DNA of 64,000 nucleotides from an uncultured Eubacteriales bacterium (GTDB taxonomy: Bacteria; Bacillota; Clostridia; Christensenellales; CAG-138). Positions within the stretch are counted from its first letter, which is position 1. Each line of letters starts with the position of its first letter. Positions 1 through 9,660 of the stretch are shown piece after piece. Both the position numbers and the translations under genes were made by a program. Below the pieces are notes generated by a model. It did not search any database, was not told the origin of the DNA, and saw nothing but the letters and a program-made list of their open reading frames with translations. The stretch spans positions 20,600-84,599 of the forward strand of contig CADACQ010000007.1 in assembly GCA_902786465.1 (NCBI GenBank). Direction: 5' to 3'.

Positions 1-263
1 CCGGTCTTTTTATAGGGGATGTCCAGCGTCTTGCACAGGGCCTCGAAGCCCTCGTTGCCCTCCACGCAGAGCTTGGCCATGAGGCTGCCGGGCCGGTTGT
101 TGAACCCGGCGTGGACCACGCCGCTGTTGCGGCCGCTGGTGCCCATGCCCACGTCCAGCTCCTTCTCCGCCACGGCCGCTTTGAGGTCGTAGCGGCTCAG
201 GGCGTAGGCGACGGCGCAGCCTACGCTGCCCCCGCCCACGATCAATACGTCATACTTCGTCAT
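1..263 (-). CDS. FAD-dependent oxidoreductase (glycerol-3-phosphate dehydrogenase / L-2-hydroxyglutarate oxidase-like), N-terminal part; gene continues past window start
   Basis: Manual translation from ATG at 263-261: MTKYDVLIVGGGSVGCAVAYAL...GTSGRNSGVVHAGFNN (GxGxxG FAD fold). ATGA overlap with the stop of the upstream gene at 260-262. Confidence 0.8.
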   Translation of the reverse strand, partial: MTKYDVLIVGGGSVGCAVAYALSRYDLKAAVAEKELDVGMGTSGRNSGVVHAGFNNRPGSLMAKLCVEGNEGFEALCKTLDIPYKKT

Positions 264-1420
264 TTGCATGCCTCGCTCAATACTGTGATGGCGTCCTCCA
301 GGGTGAAGGGCGCGTAGCCGCCCGCCGCCATGTCCCCCCAGGGCAGGGCGTTCTGGGCCAGCTCCCGGACGATCCCGTCATCGGGGGTGAAGCCCAGGGC
401 TTCCGTCAGGTTCACGGGCAGGCCCATGCGCCTAAAGAACGCTTCCAGGCCTGCCGCCGCGTCCTCGGCGCCGAAGAGCTTTTTCAGGGCGTCCAGCTTG
501 CCCGCGTCGTCCTGGGGCGCGATGAACCGAAGGTAGGCGGGCAGGATGGCGGTCATGCCCGCGCCGTGGGCGATGTTGTATTTCGCCGACACGGCGTGCT
601 CCAGCATGTGGCAGAGCCAGTTCTCCTCGTGGCCTACGCCCAGGACCCGGGACATGGCCAGGATGCTGGCCCACATGAGGTTGCTCCGGGCGTTGAGATC
701 CCCCGGCGTTTCGCAGGCCACGGGGCCCCACTTATACACCGCCTCCAGGATGCCCAATGACATGTTGTCGCTGACATCCACGTTGGCGTCCCGGTGGAGG
801 TACTGCTCCAGCACGTGGGAGAAGATGTCCGCCGCACCGAGAGCCGTCTGCCGCTTGGGCAGGGTCAGGGTCAACGTGGGGTCGCAGATGGAGAAGGTGG
901 GCCGGACGCTGGGGTGGTTGCAGATCATCTTCTGCTCCCCCAGCCGATCCGTGACCACGAAGCTTTCGTTGCTCTCGGAGCCGGTGGAGGCGATGGTCAC
1001 CACCAGGCCGATGGGGTAGGCCCCGTTCTCAGCGGTTTTCTCGCCGCTGACGTAAGCCCAGACGCCCTCGGGGCAGGGGTTCTTCGCAAGGAGCGCCACC
1101 CCCTTGCAGGTGTCGATGACGGAGCCGCCGCCTATGCCCACCACGAGATCGCAGCCCTCCCGGAGGAAGATGGCCGCAGCCTCGTCGATCTGCTCCGCCC
1201 TGGGATTGGCGGTGCAGGCGGCGTGGAGGTAATAGGGGATGCCCCGCTGGTCGAGGCCGGTCAAAAGCTGATCCAGCACCGGCAGCCGCACGTCGGCGTA
1301 GGTGCAGACGAAGACCTTTTCAGGCTTCAGCTCCGCCGCCAGCTCGGCGCAGCGGCCGCTTTCCCCGGGCCCGAAGACGATCCGGGTGGGGAACACGAAG
1401 GAAAAGGGTTGATAGGGCAT
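260..1420 (-). CDS. iron-containing (group III) alcohol dehydrogenase
   Basis: 386-aa ORF with GIGGGSVIDTCK and the metal-binding His cluster HMLEHAVSAKYNIAHGAG typical of Fe-ADH. Confidence 0.9.
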   Translation of the reverse strand: MPYQPFSFVFPTRIVFGPGESGRCAELAAELKPEKVFVCTYADVRLPVLDQLLTGLDQRGIPYYLHAACTANPRAEQIDEAAAIFLREGCDLVVGIGGGSVIDTCKGVALLAKNPCPEGVWAYVSGEKTAENGAYPIGLVVTIASTGSESNESFVVTDRLGEQKMICNHPSVRPTFSICDPTLTLTLPKRQTALGAADIFSHVLEQYLHRDANVDVSDNMSLGILEAVYKWGPVACETPGDLNARSNLMWASILAMSRVLGVGHEENWLCHMLEHAVSAKYNIAHGAGMTAILPAYLRFIAPQDDAGKLDALKKLFGAEDAAAGLEAFFRRMGLPVNLTEALGFTPDDGIVRELAQNALPWGDMAAGGYAPFTLEDAITVLSEACK

Positions 1421-1423
1421 AGG

Positions 1424-2698
1424 TTACTTCCTTTCCGCCTGGTTCGGCTCCTTCACCAAACAGGCACCCAACAGGATCAAGAACACCAAAATGCTGCAGA
1501 GGATATAGAGCCATCGGGGGGAGTGGGGGTAGAGGACGGCGCAGAGGGCCGTGACCACGATCCCCAGCCCGGAGGAGAACAGGTTCGCCAGGGCGTAGAC
1601 CCCGCTTTGATACTCGCTGCCCGTGTACACGGCCAGGCCCCCGTCCACCTCGCTCTTGAGCATGCCGTACCCAAGGGCCATGACCAGGGTGGCGGCGATG
1701 GCCAGGGCGTAGGCTTTCGCCGGGATCACCACCAGGGCGACCAGGCCCAGCAGGGTCACCAGGGCGCTCATGCGCACCCCGAAGATCAGCCCCCGGCGGC
1801 CGAAGAGGGGGTTGATGAGGATCATGGCAAAGAGCATCCCCCCGTAGTAGACGCTGCCCAGGACCGAGGACTGCATGGCGTCCATGCCCAGCCGATCCGT
1901 GAAGTAGGGCACGAAGTACAGGCTGTAGTTGGACCCCAGGTTCATGTACACGTAGAAGAGGATGTTGATGAGCACGAACAGCAGGGCCGCCCGGTTCCGG
2001 CGCAGGAAGGCCATGGCGTCCCCGTAGGGCTTGTAGGCCTCCCTGAAGAAGGCCCCGAAGCCTTTGCCCGCCGAGGCCGCCCGAAGCTTCTCGCCGATGG
2101 CGGTCTCCTTGAGGAGCATGTTCCGAAACAGGATCATGGCGGTCATCATGAGGAAGGACACGATGAGGAACACCCGCTCCGTGGCCACCACGCCGTACCT
2201 GTCCACGAAGATGCCCGCGATGGGGATGAGCAGGCCCGCGGCCACGGTGATGATGTTGAACAGGTTGAAGGCCACGATCCGGCTCTCCTCGTCGCTGTCC
2301 TCGATCATCACGAGATAGTAGGCGATGCTCATGATCTTGTTGGAGTTGAAGAGGATCACGGCGAGCAGCGCGAAGAAGAAGTTTTTGGAGAACAGGTATA
2401 CGAGGGGCGGCAATGCCGAGGAGAGGAGGTCGAACACGAAGGTGGCCCGCTTGCGGCCCATCCGGTCCACCAACGGCGCGGAGATGAAGCTGAACAGGAA
2501 GGAGGCCACGGTGCCCGCCACCATCAGGCGGCCCAGGGCCGTGTCCGTAAGGCCGATCTCCTTCAGGTACAGGCTGATGTAATAGGTATAGAAGGTGTAG
2601 GGCACGCCCCACAGGGGATGGAAAGCGATGCATACCCGATCGTTCCCCTTGAGGCAGCCGAAGTAGCCGCCGATGCGCTTCAGGAAACCTTTTTTCAC
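1424..2698 (-). CDS. MFS transporter
   Basis: C-terminal ~424 aa of the 604-aa track ORF. GTG at 2698-2696 (VKKGFLKRIGG...) forms a GTGA overlap with the stop of 2695..3669. Multiple hydrophobic helices and the MFS loop motif DRMGRKR. Confidence 0.8.
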   Translation of the reverse strand: MKKGFLKRIGGYFGCLKGNDRVCIAFHPLWGVPYTFYTYYISLYLKEIGLTDTALGRLMVAGTVASFLFSFISAPLVDRMGRKRATFVFDLLSSALPPLVYLFSKNFFFALLAVILFNSNKIMSIAYYLVMIEDSDEESRIVAFNLFNIITVAAGLLIPIAGIFVDRYGVVATERVFLIVSFLMMTAMILFRNMLLKETAIGEKLRAASAGKGFGAFFREAYKPYGDAMAFLRRNRAALLFVLINILFYVYMNLGSNYSLYFVPYFTDRLGMDAMQSSVLGSVYYGGMLFAMILINPLFGRRGLIFGVRMSALVTLLGLVALVVIPAKAYALAIAATLVMALGYGMLKSEVDGGLAVYTGSEYQSGVYALANLFSSGLGIVVTALCAVLYPHSPRWLYILCSILVFLILLGACLVKEPNQAERK

Positions 2699-3669
2699 AG
2701 GCCCAGCCTCCTCAGGATCGGACCGTTCACCGCCCTCACGGGCCCGGCGATATGGTCCGGGATGTCGACATGGCCCGCCTGGGCCGCGGTCAACGCCCCG
2801 GCCAGGGCCGCGATGGTGTCCGTGTCGCCGCCCAGGGACGCTCCCAGAGAGATGGCCCGATAGGCGCTGCCCTCCGCCGCCAGGAACAGGGCGAAGACCG
2901 CCCCGCACACGTCCGCCGAGGGGAGGCCCGTGCCCCAGAGGTCGTAGAGCCGGTGGAACAGCTCCTCGTCGGAGAGCCTGCCCCAGCCGGCCGCCGCCCG
3001 GATGCGGGCCGCGGAGGAGGCCGCACAGCCCCGCCAGGGTGCCAGGGCTTCCGTCAGGGGGCCGTTCTCCAAAGCCGCTTCGATGACCTCCGATACGGTG
3101 CCGCCGTTGATCGCCGTCAGCAGGGCTGCCCCGTAGCAGCCCGCCGCCTCCAGCGCTTCCGAGGTGTTGTGGGTGGGGAGGAGGGCCGCGCGGACGTTCT
3201 CCCGCAGCTGGTCCATGGTCTGGTCCGGGTCGAAGCACACCGCCGCCGGAGTCCGCATGATGCCGCCGCAGGTGGTGCCGGTGCCAGCGGTGGCGGGGTC
3301 GGCCCCGTTTTCGATGGCGGTCAGGGCTTTCAGGGAGCTGGGCCCGATGTAGTGCTTCTCCACCGCCCCGGTCTCCCGTATCCAGGCCAAAAGGGCGTCC
3401 ACCGTATCCTCCACGGTGACCTCCCCCTTCGCCCGGTAGCGCTCCAGCAGATAGGCCACCTGCTCCGTGTCGTCGGTGACGGACCCGGGGGTCAGGTCCC
3501 CGTGGTTCTGGGAATCCTTTTGCTCCAAAAGGCGGGTGACGCCGCCGGGAAAGGCGCCCTCTATCTGGCCGCGGGTCATGAACTCCGTGGCCATGCCCAG
3601 GGCGTCTCCGCAGGCGAAGGCGAGCAGGGCGGCGTCGATGCGGTTTTGCTTGTCAGGCGAAATGCTCAC
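2695..3669 (-). CDS. ADP-ribosylglycohydrolase family protein
   Basis: 324 aa with CGDALGMATEF, TDDTEQ and GGDTDTIAALAGAL motifs characteristic of the DraG/ARH fold. Confidence 0.85.
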   Translation of the reverse strand: MSISPDKQNRIDAALLAFACGDALGMATEFMTRGQIEGAFPGGVTRLLEQKDSQNHGDLTPGSVTDDTEQVAYLLERYRAKGEVTVEDTVDALLAWIRETGAVEKHYIGPSSLKALTAIENGADPATAGTGTTCGGIMRTPAAVCFDPDQTMDQLRENVRAALLPTHNTSEALEAAGCYGAALLTAINGGTVSEVIEAALENGPLTEALAPWRGCAASSAARIRAAAGWGRLSDEELFHRLYDLWGTGLPSADVCGAVFALFLAAEGSAYRAISLGASLGGDTDTIAALAGALTAAQAGHVDIPDHIAGPVRAVNGPILRRLGL

Positions 3670-4429
3670 AGAGGAATTCGTACCCCTTTCTGATCTTTTC
3701 CTGGGTGTCGGAGAGATAGAACTTGTAGGCGGGCTCCAGGGTGTAGAAGCCCTGGTAGTCGCCGAGAGCGTCCTTCACGTCCGCCCAGTCCGTATCGCCC
3801 TCCCCGGCGGGCAGGTGCTTGATGCTGCCCAGATAGTCGCTCATGTGCAGATGGCAGGGGGGACAGGCGCGGATGAAGGCGGCCGGGTCCTGGTCCGCCT
3901 CCCGGGCCTCGGTGGTGTCCACCATGGGCCGGATGTTGGGATGGCCCAGCTCCTTCACGTAAGCGGCGAGCTTCTCCGCGGTGGAGCAGGTGTAGGGGGA
4001 GTTTTCCATGGCCATGAGGATGTTGCGCTTGCCGCACTCGTCGGCCAGCCACAGCAGATTGTCGATCACCGGCTTTTCCAGCAGCTCCTCGTAGCCGGGG
4101 TAGCTAGGATTGTGAGGGTGGACCACCAGCACCCGGCAGCCCATGCGCTGGCCCATGGTGAGAAGGTCCCGGGAGAACTGGCGCCCGTCCTCCCGCATGG
4201 TCCTGTGGGCGGTGTAGAGCACGCCGAACATGACCAGGGGATAGTGGATGGAGGCGAGGCGGATGCCGGTCTTCTCGAACTTCCTGGTGGCCGCCTCGGA
4301 GGCGTCGGAGATGGCCTGGGGCATGAGCTCGGCGTAGTCGAAACCCGCGTTCCGGATCATCTGGAGGGCGTCCTCGGACTCGTAGGGGAACAGGGCCCCG
4401 GTGGAAAACGAATACTGTGCTTGTTTCAT
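3653..4429 (-). CDS. sugar phosphate isomerase/epimerase (xylose-isomerase-like TIM barrel)
   Basis: Start placed at ATG 4429-4427 (MKQAQYSFSTG) behind a purine-rich RBS. Overall resemblance to the AP_endonuc_2 / inosose-dehydratase-like family (VVHPHN, AMENSP). Confidence 0.7.
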   Translation of the reverse strand: MKQAQYSFSTGALFPYESEDALQMIRNAGFDYAELMPQAISDASEAATRKFEKTGIRLASIHYPLVMFGVLYTAHRTMREDGRQFSRDLLTMGQRMGCRVLVVHPHNPSYPGYEELLEKPVIDNLLWLADECGKRNILMAMENSPYTCSTAEKLAAYVKELGHPNIRPMVDTTEAREADQDPAAFIRACPPCHLHMSDYLGSIKHLPAGEGDTDWADVKDALGDYQGFYTLEPAYKFYLSDTQEKIRKGYEFLCEHFA

Positions 4430-4518
4430 GGCGTTCTTCCTTTCCTTGCTATGGGCAAAGGCGCGCCTGTCCGTGCCCTTGCCCATAGGGGCGGTCCCCC
4501 GCCCCTCGGGAAGAAGGA

Positions 4519-5910
4519 TTAGCCTTCGTCTATTTCAGATTGCAGGTCCTTCACGGCCTTGTCGAGAAGGGCCTGGCTGGTGCCCCGGTTCTTCTCCAGC
4601 TTGTTGAGCATGTTCCGGATGAGGCTGTCCATGGTGCCCATCTGCTCGAAGTGGGTGTAGGCGAAGGTGTAGTCCAGCTGTTTGAACGCGATGCTGTAGA
4701 GGGCGTTCTCACTGAGGGCCTTCTGGATGTCCGGGTTATTGAGCTCCGACTTGCGGATGGGCAGATACCCGGTGGCCAGGGCGAACTCGGCGTTGTTCTC
4801 GGCGGTGGTCAGATAGGAGACGTACTCCCAGGCGGCCTCCACCTTCTGGGGATCGTCAGTGAGGATGACCATCACGTTGCCGCCCAGAGCCAGGGACGGG
4901 TTCTTGAAGTAGGGCATCTCGATGGCGCCCAGCTCGAACTCCGTGGCCCCCCGCCAGCGGGAGATGCGGTTGGAGGTGGCGGCGATGAAGGCGCAGTTGC
5001 CGGACAGGAACCTATTCTCCGCGTTGTCGTGCTCCCCGGCGGCCATGATGCCGGAGGTGACCAGGGAATACCAGAAGTCGGTGACCTCCAGGGCCGCCGC
5101 GTCGTTGTACACGGGCTTGATCTTCCCGTCGTCCCCCTGCACCACGATCTCGCAGCCGTTCTGCTTCAGCATGGACTTGAAGAGCCAGGGGGCGTCGGAC
5201 ACGTCGAAGGCGGTGAAATCCTTGCCCTCGCCGCCCAGCTTGACCAGCAGGTCGGCGCACAGGTCATAGAACTCCTGCCAGGTCTTGGGGGGGTTGGTCA
5301 TGTCCACGCCGGCCTTTTCGAGGAGGGTCTTGTTGTAGTACATGACCTGGGTGGAGATGCCGAAGGGCACCGCGCAGATGCCCTGGCCCATGTAGGTGCA
5401 GTAGTCCAGCATGCCGGGGAAGATGTCGTCCACGTCGTACTCCGCCCGCTTGACGAGTTCGGCCATGGCGTAGTCGTTCCGGCCGCCGGTGTAGAGGGGA
5501 CCGGCGTACATGAGGGCCACGTCGGGCTGGGTGTTGGTGAGCAGGGCGGCGCTGACCTTGGTGGCGGTATCCGCGGAGCCGCCGGAGTAGGAGAGCTCCA
5601 GATCCACGAGGTCGTTGCCCTCGTCAAAGGCCTTGGACATGGCCACGAACTTGTCGCCGCTGGTGCCGCTGACGGCGTACCAGACCTGCAGGGTCTGCTT
5701 CTCCCGGGCGGGGGCCTCGGTGGGGGCGGCCTCGCCGGGCTTTTCTTCCGTCTTGGTCTCGGCCTTGGTCTCCGTCTTGGTCTCAGCCTGCTGAGCGGGG
5801 GCGGCGGTGGGGTCCGCCTTGTTCACCGTGTTGGCGTACTGGCTGACGCACCCGGGCAGGAGCAGCAGCGCCACGAGGAGGAACGCGATGACTTTTTTCA
5901 TGGGTTTCAT
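4519..5910 (-). CDS. carbohydrate ABC transporter substrate-binding lipoprotein
   Basis: Start at MKPMKKVIAFLL behind AAAGGAGA. Lipobox LLPGC, a Thr/Glu/Lys/Pro-rich linker, then a family-1 solute-binding protein body. Confidence 0.85.
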   Translation of the reverse strand: MKPMKKVIAFLLVALLLLPGCVSQYANTVNKADPTAAPAQQAETKTETKAETKTEEKPGEAAPTEAPAREKQTLQVWYAVSGTSGDKFVAMSKAFDEGNDLVDLELSYSGGSADTATKVSAALLTNTQPDVALMYAGPLYTGGRNDYAMAELVKRAEYDVDDIFPGMLDYCTYMGQGICAVPFGISTQVMYYNKTLLEKAGVDMTNPPKTWQEFYDLCADLLVKLGGEGKDFTAFDVSDAPWLFKSMLKQNGCEIVVQGDDGKIKPVYNDAAALEVTDFWYSLVTSGIMAAGEHDNAENRFLSGNCAFIAATSNRISRWRGATEFELGAIEMPYFKNPSLALGGNVMVILTDDPQKVEAAWEYVSYLTTAENNAEFALATGYLPIRKSELNNPDIQKALSENALYSIAFKQLDYTFAYTHFEQMGTMDSLIRNMLNKLEKNRGTSQALLDKAVKDLQSEIDEG

Positions 5911-5932
5911 AGTATCTCCTTTCATTGTGTCC

Positions 5933-6796
5933 TTAGGATTTCATGCCGGTCAGGGTGATGGAACGGACCAGCTGCTTCTCGCAGAAGATGAAGATGATGA
6001 GCACCGGCAGGATGGCCATGAGGGAGGCGGCCATCATGACCTGATACTCGGAGGAGGACTCCTGCATCAGGTACTTGAGGCCGATGGGCAGCGTCCGGTA
6101 CTCCGTCTTGGTGGTGACGATCAGGGGCCAGGTGTAGCTCTTCCAGTTCCCCAGGAAGGAGAAGAGGGTGGCCGTGGAGATGGCGCCCTTGGAGTTGGGC
6201 ACGATCACCCGGGTCAGGACCCTGAAATATCCGCAGCCGTCCAGCTTGGCGGAGTCCACCAGGTCCTTGGGGATGGAGTCGAAGTAGCTCATCAAGAGGA
6301 GGGTGGTGAAGGCCGTGGTCACCTGGGGGAAGATGATGCCCGCGTAGCTGTCCAACCATCCCAGCGACGCCACCAGCAGGTACATGGGGATCATGGTCAC
6401 CACCATGGGCACGAAGAGGCTGGAGCGCATGAAGGCCAGGAACAGCTTCTTGCCGGGGTAGCGGAGCTTGGTGATGGAGTAGGCCGCGAAGATGGAGATG
6501 ACGATCTGCAGCACCGTCTCGATGACGGAGGTGACGATGCTGTTGAAGTAGTACCGCCAGAAGGGGATCATCTCGAAGACCTTGGTGAAGTTCTCCCACT
6601 GCCAGGAGGAGGGGATCCACCGAGGCGGGTAGGCGTACACGTCCGCCTTGGTCTTGAAGGCGGAGAGGATCATCCACACGAAGGGGAAGAGCATGAACAA
6701 AGCGCCGATGGTGAGCATGACGAACACGTACCACTGGTAGCCGTTCAGGTGCTTGCGGCGGATGCGCATGGGCTGGATATCGGCAGGCTTACTCAT
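5933..6796 (-). CDS. carbohydrate ABC transporter permease
   Basis: Start at MSKPADIQ behind AAAGGA. Six hydrophobic segments and the EAA-type loop DSAKLDGCGYFRVLTRVIVP. Confidence 0.9.
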   Translation of the reverse strand: MSKPADIQPMRIRRKHLNGYQWYVFVMLTIGALFMLFPFVWMILSAFKTKADVYAYPPRWIPSSWQWENFTKVFEMIPFWRYYFNSIVTSVIETVLQIVISIFAAYSITKLRYPGKKLFLAFMRSSLFVPMVVTMIPMYLLVASLGWLDSYAGIIFPQVTTAFTTLLLMSYFDSIPKDLVDSAKLDGCGYFRVLTRVIVPNSKGAISTATLFSFLGNWKSYTWPLIVTTKTEYRTLPIGLKYLMQESSSEYQVMMAASLMAILPVLIIFIFCEKQLVRSITLTGMKS

Positions 6797-7742
6797 AGTC
6801 CACGTCCTTTCTCGCATCCATGGCGGAGCGGATCTGGGTCAAGATGAAGATGACGACGAACAGCAGCAGCGCCGCGGCGGAGGCCCGGCCCATGCGGCCG
6901 TTGGTGAAGGCCTGCTCGTAGATGTAGCTGACGATGAGGCGGGTGGACCCCAGGGGGCCGCCGTTGGGGGTCATGACGTTGATCTCCGTGAACACCTTGA
7001 AGGAGTTGATGATGCACATGATGACCACGAAGTTGGTGATGGGCCGAAGCAGCGGGAATTTCACCTTCCAGAAGAGCTGCCACTCGTTGGCCCCGTCCAG
7101 CCGCGCCGCCTCGAGGTACGAGTCGGAGATGTTCTGCAGGCCTGACAGGAACAGGACCACGTTGTAGCCGAGGCCCTTCCAGATGGAGAACAGGAGGATA
7201 GAGATCATGGCGGTGTGCTCGCTGTAGAGCCACTTGAGCTCCGGCAGGCCCAGGAAGGAGAGGATCTGGTTGAAGGGGCCCACCTGGGGATCGTAGAACC
7301 AGATCCAGATGAGGCTGGAGGCCACCATGGGCACCACCACGGGGGCGAAGTAGGTGGACCGCAGGAACTTCTTCAGGGGGATGTTCTTGTCGAGCTGCAC
7401 CGCGATCAGCAGGGCCAGGGACGTGTCGAAGATGAGCTTGGCCGCCGAATACTTGCAGGTGTTCCACATGGACAGCCAGAAGTCGCTGTTCTCCAGCAGG
7501 TACCTGTAGTTGCGCAGGCCGATGAAGGACATCTCGCCCGTAGCCATGTTGAAGTTGGTCAGGCTGAGCTCCACCACCTGCACCACGGGGATCACGAAGG
7601 TGAACACCAGGAATACGATGGAGGGCACCAGCAGAAGCACGCCCACCACGATCTCCGGCACGGAATAGGTGTTCCGTCCCAGGGTGATCTTGCGGATGGC
7701 GCGTGCAGGCGGCTTTACGGCCGCCGAAGCGTTCTTTTCCAT
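6789..7742 (-). CDS. sugar ABC transporter permease
   Basis: 317 aa with the EAA-type loop EAARLDGANEWQLFWKVKFP. Overlaps the downstream permease by 8 nt. Confidence 0.9.
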   Translation of the reverse strand: MEKNASAAVKPPARAIRKITLGRNTYSVPEIVVGVLLLVPSIVFLVFTFVIPVVQVVELSLTNFNMATGEMSFIGLRNYRYLLENSDFWLSMWNTCKYSAAKLIFDTSLALLIAVQLDKNIPLKKFLRSTYFAPVVVPMVASSLIWIWFYDPQVGPFNQILSFLGLPELKWLYSEHTAMISILLFSIWKGLGYNVVLFLSGLQNISDSYLEAARLDGANEWQLFWKVKFPLLRPITNFVVIMCIINSFKVFTEINVMTPNGGPLGSTRLIVSYIYEQAFTNGRMGRASAAALLLFVVIFILTQIRSAMDARKDVDYE

Positions 7743-7763
7743 AGGCTCATCTCCTTTTGGCGA

Positions 7764-8690
7764 TCAGGACATCTTGGGGGACATAGTGCAAGGTGACGGC
7801 CCCGCCTTCCCGTCGCACACGGCCAGGACCGAGGAATCGAGGCCGGTGATGGCGATCTCGTCCGCCGCCGAGAAGAGCAGCCGCTCCTCGGGGGCGAAGG
7901 CGTCGTAGCCCCTGTCATCCGGCTCGTAGCTGACCAGGGGCCGGGCGCTCAGGGTGAGGGCGCCCTGGGTGGGGGAGTCGGGGGCGTAGCAGTAGATGCC
8001 GTGGACGGCCCGCCCGTAGAGCCGGTCCTGAACCAGGGGAGCGGCGATGGCCTGCCCCACGGCGGGCAATGACACGGGGAGGTGCCGGCCGTTCTTCGTC
8101 ACCCGGGCGTGGGGGCCGAAGACGTTTTCAAGGGGCGTGCCCCGGACGACCCGGCCCTCCGCCAGCAGCGCCTGGCCGTCGGCGGTGACGGTCTCCCCGT
8201 CCACCGTGGCGAGATAGGTGTTGCCCAAAACCACGTCGTTGTACCCCGCCGCGATCCGGCGGCCCCGGTCACAGACGGCGACAGCGTCCCCGGGGACGAA
8301 GCGAAGATCCTCCACGTTCGGGATGGGATCGTCCCCAGACAGGGTGACGATGGGGCCCACGTTGGCGGTGCCCAGGCCGATCCCCAGCAGAGGCACCGTC
8401 TTTCGGCTATCGCCCAGGGCTTCGGCGGCGTAGGCGGCGGTGCCGTCGCCCCCCAGGGTGACGATCATCTCCGCCCCGGCAATGAGGAGGGCCCGGACGC
8501 TGCCGAAAAGCTTTTCCACGTACCCGCCTTCCGGTTCCGGCAGCAGCTCCGCCCGGCTGAAGCAGGGGGCGGCGGGTCCGGCCACGGTCAACAGCTCATG
8601 GCCCTGCCAGCGCGCCTCCAGCCGGGAGATCACCGCCTGGGCCCTTTGCCCGCGGCCGGCGGAGGGGTTGACCAGAACGCCGATCCTCAT
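7764..8690 (-). CDS. ATP-NAD kinase / diacylglycerol-kinase-like protein (AcoX-like)
   Basis: 308 aa with MIVTLGGDGTAAYAAE (GGDG motif) and a GIGLGTANVG loop. ATGA overlap with the upstream Zn-ADH stop. Confidence 0.65.
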   Translation of the reverse strand: MRIGVLVNPSAGRGQRAQAVISRLEARWQGHELLTVAGPAAPCFSRAELLPEPEGGYVEKLFGSVRALLIAGAEMIVTLGGDGTAAYAAEALGDSRKTVPLLGIGLGTANVGPIVTLSGDDPIPNVEDLRFVPGDAVAVCDRGRRIAAGYNDVVLGNTYLATVDGETVTADGQALLAEGRVVRGTPLENVFGPHARVTKNGRHLPVSLPAVGQAIAAPLVQDRLYGRAVHGIYCYAPDSPTQGALTLSARPLVSYEPDDRGYDAFAPEERLLFSAADEIAITGLDSSVLAVCDGKAGPSPCTMSPKMS

Positions 8691-9655
8691 GGCTCGATGA
8701 CGATCTTGAAGGCCCGGCCGTCCTTCAGGAAGTCGAAGGCCTCCTGCGCCTTCTCCAGGGGGAAGGTGTGGGTGATGAGGCGGCGGTAGTGGTCCGGGTT
8801 GTTCCGCACGGCCTCGTAGGCCATCTTGAAGTGGTCCAGTTTAAAGCCGCTGCTGCCCATGACGGCCACTTTCCGATAGTGGAGGTCGTGGGCGTCCACG
8901 TTCAGCACCGTGCCCGAGGGGAGCCCGGCGAACACGTGGACCCGGCCCCCGTTGTGGACGGAGTGGATGGCCTGCTCCACCAGCTCCTTCTTGTTCACCG
9001 CCACGAAGATGCGGGTAAATTCCTTCATATTGTATTGTTCCAGGGGCGCCGCCGGGATGCCCCAGCCGTTGAGGCAGTCCCGCCGAAGCTCGTTGAGCTC
9101 CGCCACCTGCACGTCGATGCCCCGATCCTTCAGGGTGAAGGCGATGAGGGCGCCCATGGGGCCGCCGCCGATGACCAGGGCCTTGTCCCTTTCGGTGACC
9201 TCCATCTGCTCCACCCCGTCCAGCACGCAGGCCAGGGGCTCCACCAGAGCGAAGGCCTTGTCCCGGCTGGGGATGGGGAAGACGCCCCGCTGGACGAACG
9301 ACAAGGGGACGCTCACCTTCTCACAGAAGGCGCCGTCCCCCACGTACTCCTTGTTTTTGCAGCTTTCCCCGTTGCCCTGGCGGCACTCGTCGCAGACGCC
9401 GCACTCCCCGTAGGGCGCCACCACCACATAGTCCCCGGGGGCGTAGCCGCAGCCCGCCGGCGCCTTGTCCACCACGCCGTAGAACTCGTGGCCCAGGATC
9501 GTGGGGGGCTTGAAATAGGGGTGCCCGTGGAGCAAAGTCTTCAGATCGGTCCCGCAGATAGCACAGCCCAGGACGCGCACCAGAAACTCTCCCTCCGGTT
9601 CCGGCACGTCGCGGACTTCCAGCTGCTTTTCGGCGACATACACCAACGCTTTCAT
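8687..9655 (-). CDS. zinc-dependent (MDR) alcohol/polyol dehydrogenase
   Basis: Start at MKALVYV (ATG 9655-9653); the upstream 120 aa of the track ORF are Arg/Gly-rich junk. CGTDLK...GHEFYGVV catalytic zinc motif and the structural zinc cluster CGVCDECRQGNGESC. Confidence 0.9.
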   Translation of the reverse strand: MKALVYVAEKQLEVRDVPEPEGEFLVRVLGCAICGTDLKTLLHGHPYFKPPTILGHEFYGVVDKAPAGCGYAPGDYVVVAPYGECGVCDECRQGNGESCKNKEYVGDGAFCEKVSVPLSFVQRGVFPIPSRDKAFALVEPLACVLDGVEQMEVTERDKALVIGGGPMGALIAFTLKDRGIDVQVAELNELRRDCLNGWGIPAAPLEQYNMKEFTRIFVAVNKKELVEQAIHSVHNGGRVHVFAGLPSGTVLNVDAHDLHYRKVAVMGSSGFKLDHFKMAYEAVRNNPDHYRRLITHTFPLEKAQEAFDFLKDGRAFKIVIEP

Positions 9656-9660
9656 CTGCT

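Noticed and set aside
794-2863. 689-aa plus-strand ORF
   Set aside because: It is antisense to the Fe-ADH and MFS genes. The composition is dominated by G/H/E/D/R/P runs and I see no motifs or RBS.
1424-3238. 604-aa ORF suggesting a fused MFS protein; similar long N-terminal extensions at 8687..10015, 26706..28031, 27398..28525 and 32117..33145
   Set aside because: The upstream extensions overlap neighbouring genes in other frames and are Arg/Gly/Pro-rich. Internal starts with RBSs or 4-nt start/stop overlaps give proteins of normal family length.
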